A stretch of 32,000 nt of DNA from Nitrososphaera viennensis EN76 (GTDB lineage: Archaea > Thermoproteota > Nitrososphaeria > Nitrososphaerales > Nitrososphaeraceae): the NCBI RefSeq assembly GCF_000698785.1, contig NZ_CP007536.1, positions 1,050,001 through 1,082,000 on the forward strand, given 5' to 3'. The number at the start of each line of letters is the position of its first letter. The first letter of the stretch is position 1. A program made the position numbers and the translations under genes. Under the pieces are notes generated by a model, which had not been told where the DNA came from, did not search any database, and worked only from the letters and a program-made list of their open reading frames with translations. Shown here one piece after another: positions 1 to 9,296 of this stretch.

Positions 1-993
1 ATCTTTGAGTGGCTTGAGAAAAAGCCAGCAATCAAGCTTGACTGGGACAATTGCACTGTCGGCGTCGTCGGCAGATCAGACGGCATGGAGAGGCTGGTCG
101 TGAGGAGCAAGACGTCAAAGAACAGCCAGTACATGGGAAACATCCCGGTGCAGCTCAGGTTCATGCTGATGCTCGACATTGACCCCGGATCTGTACAAGA
201 GCCGGTGCTTGACAGGAACTACAGCCTGGCGTCGTCAGCTAGAAAGCATATTCCAGAGTCTGTGCGCAGGACGCCGCACGACCGCTGGGTGCTAAGACTT
301 GGAGGTGGTGCGGAGATCTGGGAGTGGACAAGGCACGGCGAAGACATAAAGTCCAGTAGGACCTGGCGCCTCTACGAGAAGATAATGACTTTCGCGCAGT
401 CTGGAATATCTGCAGGCAACGTGTTCATGGCAAGAGTAGAGGAGATCGACAGTGTCGTGCCGGTGATCTACCAGCCTGCGGTGGACTCGCTTGACAACTT
501 TTTGCGCGAGGTGCACTGCGCCGCTGCTACTACAATTGATGGCGAGACTGTAGACGTAGAGGTCTCGCTTGTCTTTAACAACGAGCAATTGCGCAAGTTC
601 GCCTTTGCCGATGGCCTGTACAGGTGGCTCCGCAAGCTCCTGTATGGAAGGTCGATAGACATCGAGACCTTCCGAATCCATTTTGTCAGGGACAGGCAGG
701 ACAAAGACTATTTCATCTTTCAGGGCATCTACAGCGGCGATTATGGCCTTACCTACGACACCATCCACCTTGACACCTCGCCGGAAATGCACAGGGTGGG
801 GTACTATTTTGCAGGCCAGAACCATCCAGTCGTGTTCATCAACACTTCCAACCACGCCATGGCAGGGCATGACAACAATGCACAGATGTGGAAATGGGAG
901 TACGTACCTTGGGTCGCAAAGTCTCCGGTTGTGCTTGGCACCAAGTCCAGAAGCGAGCTTGACAAGCAGTTCCATTCCGTATTATTTGGCTGA
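1..993 (+). CDS. hypothetical protein, 5'-truncated at window edge
   Basis: Frame 1 is open from nt 1; IFEWLEKKPAIKLDWDNCTVGVVGRSDG precedes the Met at 85. It runs to the stop at 991-993. Codon usage is GC3-rich like the neighbours. I recognise no motif. Confidence 0.6.
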   Translation: MFEWLEKKPAIKLDWDNCTVGVVGRSDGMERLVVRSKTSKNSQYMGNIPVQLRFMLMLDIDPGSVQEPVLDRNYSLASSARKHIPESVRRTPHDRWVLRLGGGAEIWEWTRHGEDIKSSRTWRLYEKIMTFAQSGISAGNVFMARVEEIDSVVPVIYQPAVDSLDNFLREVHCAAATTIDGETVDVEVSLVFNNEQLRKFAFADGLYRWLRKLLYGRSIDIETFRIHFVRDRQDKDYFIFQGIYSGDYGLTYDTIHLDTSPEMHRVGYYFAGQNHPVVFINTSNHAMAGHDNNAQMWKWEYVPWVAKSPVVLGTKSRSELDKQFHSVLFG

Positions 994-1059
994 CCGACCC
1001 CCTCCCCTTTAGGTGTCTTTTGTTTTATTAGGCATGCATTTGCATTTGCATGTGCCAAC

Positions 1060-2016
1060 ATGTCAGGGCTATGGTATGACATTTCAGCTCCCAGGTACGA
1101 GGCCAAGCAGGCCAAGTCGATAATCCACCCCTTTGCAGTCAGGGGATACACGGGCATGACCATAAACCCGTACCAGGGCTGCCAGCACCGGTGCGCCTAC
1201 TGCTACGCTACCTACGAATGGTCGCCCGAATTCTATGACAAGGTCTATGCCAAGAGCAACGCGCCGGAGGTTCTCGAGAAGGAGCTCCAGTCATGGAAGG
1301 GAAGCACCATAAACCCAGTGATGGTCGCCTCGGCAACCGACGCCTACCAGCCGGCAGAGCTGAAGTACGGCCTGACAAGGAGGTGCGTGCAGGTGCTGCA
1401 AAAGTATAACGTGCCGTACTATGTCTTTACAAAATCCGCAATCATAGAGCGCGACCTTGAGCTGCACCGCAGGTACGCCCACAACTGCTTTGTCGTCTGG
1501 TCGATAACGACTGCAAACGAGAGGATAAGGCGCGTGGTGGAGCCTGGCACGCCCCCGGCAGAGCGGATATTTGCAGTCATCAAAAAGTTCACGGACGCCG
1601 GCGTGCCATGCGGCGTAAACGTCGACCCGATAATGCCCCTTGTCACCGACACCGACGAGGAGCTCGACGCGGTTGTGGACTGCTGCAAGGAAGCAGGCGT
1701 GAAATACGTCTTTGGCGCGATGCTCCGCATGCGCGAGGACATCTGGGACCGCATGAAGCTGGCCCTCCGGCTGCTTGGAATTCCTGACGGCGAGAGGCGC
1801 TACCGCCAGATCTATGAAATCAAAGAGCCGCTTGCCAAGCCGTATATTGCCTGCAACAAGGAATACGGAAAAAAGGTGACAGACAGGCTCTACAAGAAGA
1901 TAGAGTCGCGGGGCCTCTGCCCAGACTTTCCTGATCACGTGCGGCCACAGGACATTGACAGGTCGTGTGCAGGCCAGACCACTATGCTTTCATTCACAGA
2001 AACCTCTAGCGACTAG
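1060..2016 (+). CDS. radical SAM protein, SplB/DNA-photolyase-like (COG1533-type)
   Basis: Has INPYQGCQHRCAYCYA, the CxxxCxxC radical-SAM cluster motif, in the context typical of SPL-family radical SAM proteins. ATG at 1060. 318 aa. Confidence 0.8.
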   Translation: MSGLWYDISAPRYEAKQAKSIIHPFAVRGYTGMTINPYQGCQHRCAYCYATYEWSPEFYDKVYAKSNAPEVLEKELQSWKGSTINPVMVASATDAYQPAELKYGLTRRCVQVLQKYNVPYYVFTKSAIIERDLELHRRYAHNCFVVWSITTANERIRRVVEPGTPPAERIFAVIKKFTDAGVPCGVNVDPIMPLVTDTDEELDAVVDCCKEAGVKYVFGAMLRMREDIWDRMKLALRLLGIPDGERRYRQIYEIKEPLAKPYIACNKEYGKKVTDRLYKKIESRGLCPDFPDHVRPQDIDRSCAGQTTMLSFTETSSD

Positions 2017-2039
2017 GCTGCACGGCCCAGCCGTTAGGC

Positions 2040-2168
2040 TCACTTGCGCGGCTTTGTCAGGAAGATTGCCTCGCATTCACAGTGGCCGTCGATGCGCACC
2101 TGTCTTCCGCACTTGGGGCATATCGTCAGTGGTGCCGGTGCCTCAAGTTCGAGCTCGAACAGCGACAT
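2040..2168 (-). CDS. small zinc-ribbon protein (42 aa), below the ORF-track cutoff
   Basis: My own translation is MSLFELELEAPAPLTICPKCGRQVRIDGHCECEAIFLTKPRK, with a CPxC-x9-CxC motif. The ATG is at 2168-2166 and the TGA at 2042-2040. A TTTAAA box (2194-2199 region) sits about 29 nt upstream on the minus strand. Confidence 0.4.
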   Translation of the reverse strand: MSLFELELEAPAPLTICPKCGRQVRIDGHCECEAIFLTKPRK

Positions 2169-2304
2169 ATGTCCTGTATAATCGCAGCCGTTCTTTAAAA
2201 GATTTTGGCACTATGAAAGAATAAGAATTGTATTTTTCCATATTTCTAATGACAAATAGCATTTCTACAAGTAAAGCTATGATCTATTGAAATTACTGTG
2301 ATAC

Positions 2305-2787
2305 ATGCAACCATTAATAGCGCCGGAAAACCCTCCAGAGATGCAGATGAGCCATCGCAATCCCACGCCCACAGTAGACGCCATACTGCAAAAAGGCTCC
2401 AAGGTCCTAATGGTAAGGAGGAAAAAGGACCCGTTCAAGGGCATGCTTGCGCTGCCAGGAGGATTTGTAAACGAGGGCGAGACCGTCGAGGACGCGATGA
2501 AGCGCGAAGTGCTTGAAGAGACTTCGCTTGAAGTAGAGCCAATAGACATCCTTGGCGTCTACTCTGACCCGCGCAGGGACCCGAGGATGCACACCATGAC
2601 GGTGGTGTTTGTGGCAATAATAATAGGCGGCAGGGAAAAGGCGCAGGACGACGCGGCAAGCCTTGAATGGGTAGAGCTTGCAGGCATTGAAAAGGCGGCA
2701 TTTGACCATGCGCAGATACTTGCAGATTATCGCCAGTGGAAGGGGAGCGCTGGCACATACTGGTCGACAAAGCGCAGACACAGTTGA
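2305..2787 (+). CDS. NUDIX hydrolase
   Basis: Nudix box GGFVNEGETVEDAMKREVLEETSL (Gx5Ex7REUxEExGU). 160 aa. ATG at 2305. Confidence 0.85.
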   Translation: MQPLIAPENPPEMQMSHRNPTPTVDAILQKGSKVLMVRRKKDPFKGMLALPGGFVNEGETVEDAMKREVLEETSLEVEPIDILGVYSDPRRDPRMHTMTVVFVAIIIGGREKAQDDAASLEWVELAGIEKAAFDHAQILADYRQWKGSAGTYWSTKRRHS

Positions 2788-2832
2788 TGATCGAAATTAT
2801 TAAAGCCACATACAGGGTGGAAAAGGTGCATT

Positions 2833-3201
2833 TTGCGCTCTGAAAAGGACATACGACTCAGGATAGACCTGCTTGAAGGGCAGGCCAGCTCGATAGCAAA
2901 GATGCTTGCCAAGGCAATGCAGGAGCACAACGAGGAGGCGATAAAGAATTACTCGGAAAAACTGGCCCAGAGAAAGGGCAAGGTTGAGGAGCTGCTATGG
3001 GTGCTTGAAGTAAAGATGGGCCAGGGCGTGCTTGACACCAAGGCGGCAGTCCCGGGAATGCAGGAGATGGTGGCTGTCCGCGATATCCTTGACCTGCTCA
3101 AGGAGGGCAGGATAAAGATGGATGACCTTGCGCTTGACGTGCAGGCGCTGGTCCGCAAGGGCGCCCTTGAGGCCAGAAACGCCATGAGGCACACGACATG
3201 A
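2833..3201 (+). CDS. hypothetical coiled-coil protein
   Basis: 122-aa ORF rich in charged heptad-like sequence. The start is TTG at 2833 (first ATG at 2902), so the 5' end is uncertain. No recognisable motif; it is not SufC (no Walker A). Confidence 0.45.
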   Translation: MRSEKDIRLRIDLLEGQASSIAKMLAKAMQEHNEEAIKNYSEKLAQRKGKVEELLWVLEVKMGQGVLDTKAAVPGMQEMVAVRDILDLLKEGRIKMDDLALDVQALVRKGALEARNAMRHTT

Positions 3202-3202
3202 C

Positions 3203-3280
3203 TTAGCTTGTACAAATTATGGAGTTAGGCTGTACAAATTACCAAAACCCCGGTTGCAAAGTGGAAAATATATATAAAAT
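3203..3280 (+). promoter_or_regulatory. suf promoter region: 17-bp direct repeat x2 plus TATA-like box
   Basis: TTAGCTTGTACAAATTA (3203-3219) and TTAGGCTGTACAAATTA (3225-3241) match at 15/17 positions with a 22-bp period. Each contains the palindrome TGTACA. AAAATATATATAAAAT (3266-3280) lies about 31 nt upstream of the sufB ATG. Confidence 0.45.
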
Positions 3281-3303
3281 AACAGCGTTATGAAGCTGTA
3301 GAG

Positions 3304-4704
3304 ATGACCGCAGAAGACCTTAACATGGATTATAGCAAGTACGACTTTAAGGATTCAACAGAGCTTTACGTTTACCTTAGCAAAAAGGGGCTCTCCCGTG
3401 GCACTGTAGAGGAAATCAGCCGCATGAAGGGTGAGCCGGACTGGATGCGCAATTTCAGACTCAGGTCTTTTGACGTTTTCATGAGCAAGCCTATGCCAGA
3501 ATGGGGAGGCGACCTCTCAAAGATTGACTTTCAGAACATCTACTACTATGCCAAGGCTTCTGAGAAGCAGGGCAAGAGCTGGGATGAAGTGCCCGAATCG
3601 GTCAGGAACACGTTTGAGAAACTCGGTATCCCGGAGGCAGAGCGCAAGTTCCTAGCAGGCGTGGGCGCACAATATGAATCAGAGGTGGTTTACCACAACC
3701 TGCGCGACGACCTTGCGAAAAAGGGCGTAATTTTCGTTGACACAGATACTGCTGTAAAGGAATACCCCGAGATAGTAAAGAAGCACTTTGGCAAGGTCAT
3801 ACCGCCAGAGGACAACAAGTTTGCAGCGCTCAACAGCGCGGTTTGGTCCGGCGGCTCGTTCATCTACGTCCCGCCAAACGTCAAGGTAGACCTCCCGCTG
3901 CAAGCATATTTCAGGATCAACGCAGAGAACATCGGCCAGTTCGAGCGCACGCTCATCATAGCGGACGAAGGCGCTGACGTCCACTACATCGAGGGCTGCA
4001 CGGCGCCGGTGTATTCGACGGAATCGCTGCACTCTGCAGTCGTTGAGCTGATCGCAAAGAAGGGAGCCAAGATCCGCTATACAACCATCCAGAACTGGAG
4101 CAAGGACGTCTACAACCTTGTGACAAAGAGAGCGTATGCGTACGAGGGGGCGTCTGTCGAGTGGATCGACGGCAACATCGGAAGCAAACTGACGATGAAA
4201 TACCCGGGTGTCTACATGCTCGGCAAGGGCGCGCACGCAGAGGTCGTTTCAATCGCGTTTGCAGGCGGCGGCCAGCACCAGGACGCAGGGGCAAAGGCAG
4301 TCCACCTTGCACCAAACACGACATCAAGGATCACGAGCAAGTCGGTCAGCAAGGACTCTGGCAGGACCACCTACAGGGGGCTGTTGCACGTGGCCAAGGG
4401 CGCCACGGGAGTCAAGTCAAACGTCAGGTGCGATGCGCTGTTGCTTGACGAAAAGTCCAGGACCGACACGTACCCGTACATCGAGGTAAACGAGGACGAC
4501 GCGACAATCACCCACGAGGCGACCGTAGGCAAGATAGGCGAGGACCAGATATTCTACCTGATGTCACGCGGATACACCGAGTCTGACGCACTGTCCATGA
4601 TAGTCGGCGGCTTTATCGAGCCGTTCACAAAAGAACTGCCGATGGAATACGCAGTCGAGCTCAACAGGCTGGTAAAGCTCGAGATGGAAGGCTCTGTCGG
4701 TTAA
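3304..4704 (+). CDS. sufB: Fe-S cluster assembly scaffold SufB
   Basis: 466 aa. Typical SufB sequence throughout ([80 protein letters not shown]). Confidence 0.95.
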   Translation: MTAEDLNMDYSKYDFKDSTELYVYLSKKGLSRGTVEEISRMKGEPDWMRNFRLRSFDVFMSKPMPEWGGDLSKIDFQNIYYYAKASEKQGKSWDEVPESVRNTFEKLGIPEAERKFLAGVGAQYESEVVYHNLRDDLAKKGVIFVDTDTAVKEYPEIVKKHFGKVIPPEDNKFAALNSAVWSGGSFIYVPPNVKVDLPLQAYFRINAENIGQFERTLIIADEGADVHYIEGCTAPVYSTESLHSAVVELIAKKGAKIRYTTIQNWSKDVYNLVTKRAYAYEGASVEWIDGNIGSKLTMKYPGVYMLGKGAHAEVVSIAFAGGGQHQDAGAKAVHLAPNTTSRITSKSVSKDSGRTTYRGLLHVAKGATGVKSNVRCDALLLDEKSRTDTYPYIEVNEDDATITHEATVGKIGEDQIFYLMSRGYTESDALSMIVGGFIEPFTKELPMEYAVELNRLVKLEMEGSVG

Positions 4705-4744
4705 TCACCTGTTCTCTGCTTTTTTCGAGGGTGATTGAGAAAAA

Positions 4745-6166
4745 ATGCCGACCACACTTGCCAACATCAACGCAGGCAACATAGATGAAGTGTCTGCAAA
4801 AGATCCTGCATGGCTTGCAGAGGACAGGAAAAAGGCCATCGCAAAATACCTCTCGCTTCCAAACGAGGTCTCGCCACTCTACTCGAAATACTCTGACGCA
4901 AACAGGATCAAGCCGCAGGGCGTGCACCTGAATTTTGCTCAGGGCGGCAGCAGGCACGCGATAAGCGGCGACCTTGTCAAGAGGCTTGAAGAGCTTGAAA
5001 AAGAGACGGGGATATTGCAGGTGGGCGCCGAGATAAGCAAGATCGTCATTAAAGAGAGCGTAGCAAAGCAGGGAGTAATCGTAACGGGCATCAGGGACGC
5101 AATTTCCAAGCACGCAGACATTGTCAAGGCGCACATGGAGGCAAACCCGCTTGACCACGGCGAGGACAGGTTCATGGCGCTTGAAGCGGCCGCATTCCAG
5201 TCGGGCGTCTTTGTCTACGTTCCAAGGAACGTCGTCCTTGAAGAGCCTATCAGGATCATAACGTCGCTTGCAGACGACGGCACGTCGCTCGTGTCAAGGA
5301 ACGTCTTTGTGGCAGAACAGGGCGCCAAGGCGACCGTTGTGCAAGAGCTGTACGCGCCGGGTACTGGCAACGCTTCCGAAACGCAGCAAGGCTATTTTGA
5401 ATTAATCGAGACATCGGTCAAGCAAAACGCGCACCTTGAAGCAGTCACGCTTCAGGCAATGGGCACGGACACTGTTTGCGTTTCAAACAGGAAGGCGTTT
5501 GTTGAAAGGGACGCCAAGATGTCGTGGTACGTCGGCCTCTTTGGCACCATGCTTTCAAGGTTCAAGACGGACAGCATCATGAAGGGCCAGGGCGCGACCG
5601 CCGAAGACGTAGAGATAGTCTTTGGAGTAAGCAACCAGTCGTTTGACATCATGTCGAATTTGATCCACAACGGCCAGTTCTCCCGCGGCAAGGTGCAGGT
5701 CAAGTCGGTCATGAAGGACACCTCAAAGTCGCTGTTCAAGGGCATGATAAAAATCGGCAAGGACGGCAAGGGAACGGAATCGTACCTTGCAGGCCACGCA
5801 ATCCTGCTTGACAAGGGCGCCAAGTCAGACTCGATACCGGGCCTTGAGATCCTGACAAACGAGGTCAGGGCGACGCACTCGGCCTCGGTAGCCCAGATTG
5901 ACGAGAACCAGATATTCTACCTCACCACGAGGGGCCTGAGCAGGGAAGGCGCCAAGCGCGAGATAGTCTCGGGTTTTCTCGAGCCGCTGTCAAGAAAGAT
6001 GGGCCCGACAATAAGGGCGTGGATAAACTACCTGATAGAGAACAAGTGGCAGGGCAACCCACTCATGCTTCGCGCCGACGAGGCGATGGAGCAGATCCTC
6101 GAAGTCGAGAAATCGCGCTACCGCGAGACGCAGGACATCTTTGAAAAGCACTACAAGTACAGGTAG
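4745..6166 (+). CDS. sufD: Fe-S cluster assembly protein SufD
   Basis: 473 aa SufB/SufD-family beta-helix protein directly after sufB. C-terminal VRATHSASVAQIDENQIFYLTTRGLSREGAKREIVSGFL is typical of SufD. Confidence 0.9.
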   Translation: MPTTLANINAGNIDEVSAKDPAWLAEDRKKAIAKYLSLPNEVSPLYSKYSDANRIKPQGVHLNFAQGGSRHAISGDLVKRLEELEKETGILQVGAEISKIVIKESVAKQGVIVTGIRDAISKHADIVKAHMEANPLDHGEDRFMALEAAAFQSGVFVYVPRNVVLEEPIRIITSLADDGTSLVSRNVFVAEQGAKATVVQELYAPGTGNASETQQGYFELIETSVKQNAHLEAVTLQAMGTDTVCVSNRKAFVERDAKMSWYVGLFGTMLSRFKTDSIMKGQGATAEDVEIVFGVSNQSFDIMSNLIHNGQFSRGKVQVKSVMKDTSKSLFKGMIKIGKDGKGTESYLAGHAILLDKGAKSDSIPGLEILTNEVRATHSASVAQIDENQIFYLTTRGLSREGAKREIVSGFLEPLSRKMGPTIRAWINYLIENKWQGNPLMLRADEAMEQILEVEKSRYRETQDIFEKHYKYR

Positions 6167-6175
6167 TAGAAAGAG

Positions 6176-6499
6176 ATGGAAGAGGAAGAGTGGGTGCGCG
6201 TCTGCGACGCCGGCTCGCTTTCAAGTGGCGAGCTGGTCGAGTTTGACCACAGAAGCAAGAAACTGATGGTTGCAAAAATGGGAAATGATGTCTATGCTAC
6301 AGACAGGATATGCACCCATGCCTACGCAGACCTGACAGGGGGCTTTGTGAACGAGGGCGAAAAGACGGTGACCTGCCCCCTGCACCTTTCTGCCTTCAAG
6401 TTGACAGACGGCGCGCCGCAGAACCCTCCTGCCACTGCCCCCCTTAAAACTTACAAGGTTAAAATACAGGATAACGCAATTTACATCAAGATCGATTAA
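6176..6499 (+). CDS. Rieske [2Fe-2S] domain ferredoxin
   Basis: CTHAYADL (CxH) and CPLHLSAF (CxxH) Rieske ligand boxes. 107 aa. Embedded between sufD and sufS. Confidence 0.85.
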   Translation: MEEEEWVRVCDAGSLSSGELVEFDHRSKKLMVAKMGNDVYATDRICTHAYADLTGGFVNEGEKTVTCPLHLSAFKLTDGAPQNPPATAPLKTYKVKIQDNAIYIKID

Positions 6500-6503
6500 G
6501 ATT

Positions 6504-7751
6504 ATGATGCAGAAAGGCGCCCTCAATGTTGAAAAGATCCGCAAAGATTTCCCCATCCTGAAGCGGAAGGTGATGGGTGGCAAGCCCCTGGTATACCTCG
6601 ACAACGCGGCAACCACGCAAAAGCCGCTTGCAGTCATTGACGCCATACACGACTATTACACGAACTACAATTCCAACATCCACAGGGCGGTGCACCAGCT
6701 CGCAGAAGAGGCGACCAAGGCGTACGAAGATACGCGCGTAAAGATTGCCAAGTTCATAAATGCTCGCTCGACAGACGAGATAATTTTTACCCGCAACACG
6801 ACAGAGGCGATAAACCTTGTCGCGTACTCGTGGGGAAGGGCCAACATAAAAAAAGACGACAGGATAGTGATTACAGAGATAGAGCACCACTCCAACATTG
6901 TGCCGTGGCAGATACTGACGCAAGAAAAGGGCGCAAAACTGGAATACATCGGGGTCGGCGACGACGGCTACCTGAAGATGCACGAATACAAAAAGTACCT
7001 TGACTCTGGCAAGGTCAAGCTCGTGTCCGTGTCGCACATGTCAAACGTGCTTGGCACCATAACCCCGATAAACGAGATAATCAAGATGGCACATGAAAAG
7101 GGCATCCCGGTGCTGGTCGACGGCGCACAGTCGGTCCCCCACATGCCGGTCGACGTCCAAAAGATGGACTGCGAGTTCATGGCGTTTTCTGCTCACAAGA
7201 TGCTCGGCCCGACGGGCGTCGGCGTGCTGTACGTAAAGCGCGAGCTGCTTGAAAAGATGCCGCCGTTCATGGGCGGAGGCGACATGATAAAAGAGGTGCA
7301 CAAGTACGAAACACGCTACAACGACCTGCCGTACAAGTTCGAGGGAGGCACGCCCAATATCGCCGACGTCATCGGCTTTGCCGCCGCAATAGACTACCTT
7401 GAAAAGATCGGCATGGACAGGGTCAGGGAGCACGAAATCGACATCACAAAATACGCGCTTGACAGGGTTGCGCAGGTAAAGGGAGTGACGATATACGGCC
7501 CGATGAATGCAATAGACAGGGGAGGGGTGGTTTCATTCAACATCGGCGACATACACCCGCACGACCTTGCGACCATCATGAACGACCACGGAGTCGCCAT
7601 CAGGTCGGGACACCACTGCGCGCAGGTGCTCATGGAGCGCCTCGACGTCGCGGCGACTTCGAGGGCAAGCTTTTATATCTATAACACCAAAGAGGAGGTC
7701 GACGTGTTCATTGAGGCTCTATCTGAGGCAAGGAGGCTGTTCAAGATTTGA
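6504..7751 (+). CDS. sufS: cysteine desulfurase SufS (class V aminotransferase)
   Basis: 415 aa with NAATTQKP, HHSNIVPWQ, the PLP-lysine context FSAHKMLGPTGVGVLY and the active-site loop RSGHHCAQ. Confidence 0.95.
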   Translation: MMQKGALNVEKIRKDFPILKRKVMGGKPLVYLDNAATTQKPLAVIDAIHDYYTNYNSNIHRAVHQLAEEATKAYEDTRVKIAKFINARSTDEIIFTRNTTEAINLVAYSWGRANIKKDDRIVITEIEHHSNIVPWQILTQEKGAKLEYIGVGDDGYLKMHEYKKYLDSGKVKLVSVSHMSNVLGTITPINEIIKMAHEKGIPVLVDGAQSVPHMPVDVQKMDCEFMAFSAHKMLGPTGVGVLYVKRELLEKMPPFMGGGDMIKEVHKYETRYNDLPYKFEGGTPNIADVIGFAAAIDYLEKIGMDRVREHEIDITKYALDRVAQVKGVTIYGPMNAIDRGGVVSFNIGDIHPHDLATIMNDHGVAIRSGHHCAQVLMERLDVAATSRASFYIYNTKEEVDVFIEALSEARRLFKI

Positions 7752-8176
7752 GTGACGACATTTACCGCGAAATAATACTCGATCATTACCGCAACCCGAG
7801 GAACAAGGGCAAGATACAGAACGCAGACGTCAGCATACACGATTCAAACCCGCTTTGCGGCGACGAAATTGACATCCACCTGAAGGTCGACGGCGACAAG
7901 ATAAAGGACATCAAGTTCGAGGGCCGCGGCTGCGCCATAAGCCAGGCAAGCGCCTCGATGCTGACAGAGATGGTCATGAACAAGCAGCTCACGTCGGTAA
8001 AGGATCTGACAAAGGACGATATTCTGGAGAACATTGGCCTCACGAACCTAGGCCCGGCAAGGATCAAGTGCGCCCTTTTGTCGCTCAAGGTGCTAAAGCT
8101 TGGCATGGTAAAGTACTATGCCGACAGGGATCCTGCGTCAGCCAAAAAGCTGCAGGATGACACGAGAACGCTTTAG
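7748..8176 (+). CDS. sufU: SufU/IscU-like Fe-S sulfur-transfer/scaffold protein
   Basis: Has the three conserved Cys contexts NPLCGDE, GRGCAISQAS and RIKCALL. The TTG start at 7748 overlaps the sufS stop (7749-7751), suggesting translational coupling. Confidence 0.85.
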   Translation: MSDDIYREIILDHYRNPRNKGKIQNADVSIHDSNPLCGDEIDIHLKVDGDKIKDIKFEGRGCAISQASASMLTEMVMNKQLTSVKDLTKDDILENIGLTNLGPARIKCALLSLKVLKLGMVKYYADRDPASAKKLQDDTRTL

Positions 8177-8179
8177 GCC

Positions 8180-8524
8180 ATGTCGACTCCAAAGGTAAGC
8201 AGGCAGGACATACGCAAGGTAATATCTGACAATTTCAACGACACGGACTATCGTTTTTCAAACGACGAGATCCTAGGCTACCTCAACGATATGGACAGGT
8301 ACAAGGCGGCAAACCTTGACGTCCTTGACTTTGAGGACGTGCTTTTAGAGATGGAAGAGTCGGGTTTTTTACGCCCGATTGCGCAGAATTTCAACACGCG
8401 CTACTACAAGATAATGACAGAGCTTGAAGCCAGGACGTGCAAGGACTGCAACACGGTTTCATGGTTTGCAGAAGCAGAAGAGCCAAAGCTGTGCCCGCAG
8501 TGCAGATCCAAGAACATGGCTTAG
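8180..8524 (+). CDS. hypothetical protein with C-terminal zinc ribbon
   Basis: 114 aa. CKDC-x17-CPQC at the C-terminus. ATG 4 nt after the sufU stop, so it is probably the last gene of the suf transcription unit. Confidence 0.6.
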   Translation: MSTPKVSRQDIRKVISDNFNDTDYRFSNDEILGYLNDMDRYKAANLDVLDFEDVLLEMEESGFLRPIAQNFNTRYYKIMTELEARTCKDCNTVSWFAEAEEPKLCPQCRSKNMA

Positions 8525-8597
8525 GAAAACAATTAAACACCAAGCGCACGCCTTTTTTAGAGAGTTGTCGTCAGCTGCTGCAACAAACCCGCCGTGG

Positions 8598-9296
8598 ATG
8601 TTCAGGACGCGCTCGTTCCAGTTTGCCGCGTTCGTTGCCGCGTTCGTGGTTTTCAGCGCGGTGGTTGCGTCAGGTGCCACAAGCTCCATTGACGAGCCCG
8701 TCAATAAATATGCAAAATCGATAGAGGGCAACCCCGGCCTTGACGCGGCCATGATAGCGATAACAACTATGGGCGACGTGGCGACGCTCCTCCTGTTTGC
8801 CATCGTAATCACCATCATAAGGCGCACCAGAAAGGCAGGCATGATATTTCTCATCAGCATAGTCGCGCTTGCCATAGTCGTCATGTATATGAAGCCGTTT
8901 GTGGGCAGGCCAGCGCCGCAATACGCGTTTGTCCCCGCGATAAATCTGCCAGAGAATTTCGGCATCGAAAGCGACAGCCTTGCGCCCTTTGCCGCGGCCT
9001 TTTCCTACCCGTCAGGCCATGTGTCGAGGGCTACGGCTCTTGCGTTCATAGTCGGATACCTTCTGTACAGAAAGTCAAGGACGGCAGGATACGCGATATG
9101 GGCGTTTCCCATAGCGATAGGGATAACGCGCGTCTATGTCCAGCAGCACTTTCCCACCGACCTTGTCGGTGGATTTCTTGTCGGCATGATGATATCAGTA
9201 GTCCTTAGCAACTCGATGAAGCTGTGGCAGCCGTTCCAGCTGTCAAGGTTCAAGGGCAAGGAGGACAAGGAGGGCGCCAGGGCCAGCAGCGCCTAG
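8598..9296 (+). CDS. PAP2-family (type 2 phosphatidic acid phosphatase-like) membrane phosphatase
   Basis: YPSGH and TRVYVQQHFPTD ((S/T)Rx5Hx3D) PAP2 motifs, KPFVGRP, multiple TM helices. I moved the start to the ATG at 8598 (MFRTRSFQFAAF...). The track ORF from 8424 would overlap the upstream gene by 100 nt. Confidence 0.8.
   Translation: MFRTRSFQFAAFVAAFVVFSAVVASGATSSIDEPVNKYAKSIEGNPGLDAAMIAITTMGDVATLLLFAIVITIIRRTRKAGMIFLISIVALAIVVMYMKPFVGRPAPQYAFVPAINLPENFGIESDSLAPFAAAFSYPSGHVSRATALAFIVGYLLYRKSRTAGYAIWAFPIAIGITRVYVQQHFPTDLVGGFLVGMMISVVLSNSMKLWQPFQLSRFKGKEDKEGARASSA

Noticed and set aside
292-975. 227-aa minus-strand ORF antisense to the first gene. Similar long antisense ORFs occur at 1291-1938, 3679-4236, 6486-7037, 10327-11118, 13183-14097, 15394-16014, 16904-17383, 20299-20853 and 26156-26842.
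   Set aside because: These are shadow ORFs typical of GC3-rich coding DNA. Each is fully nested in a gene with strong motif support on the other strand. Their translations are Arg/His/Leu-rich with no recognisable domains.
8424-8597. N-terminal extension of the PAP2 ORF.
   Set aside because: It would overlap the upstream zinc-ribbon gene by 100 nt and encodes a basic, low-complexity sequence. The ATG at 8598 begins directly with the first hydrophobic helix.
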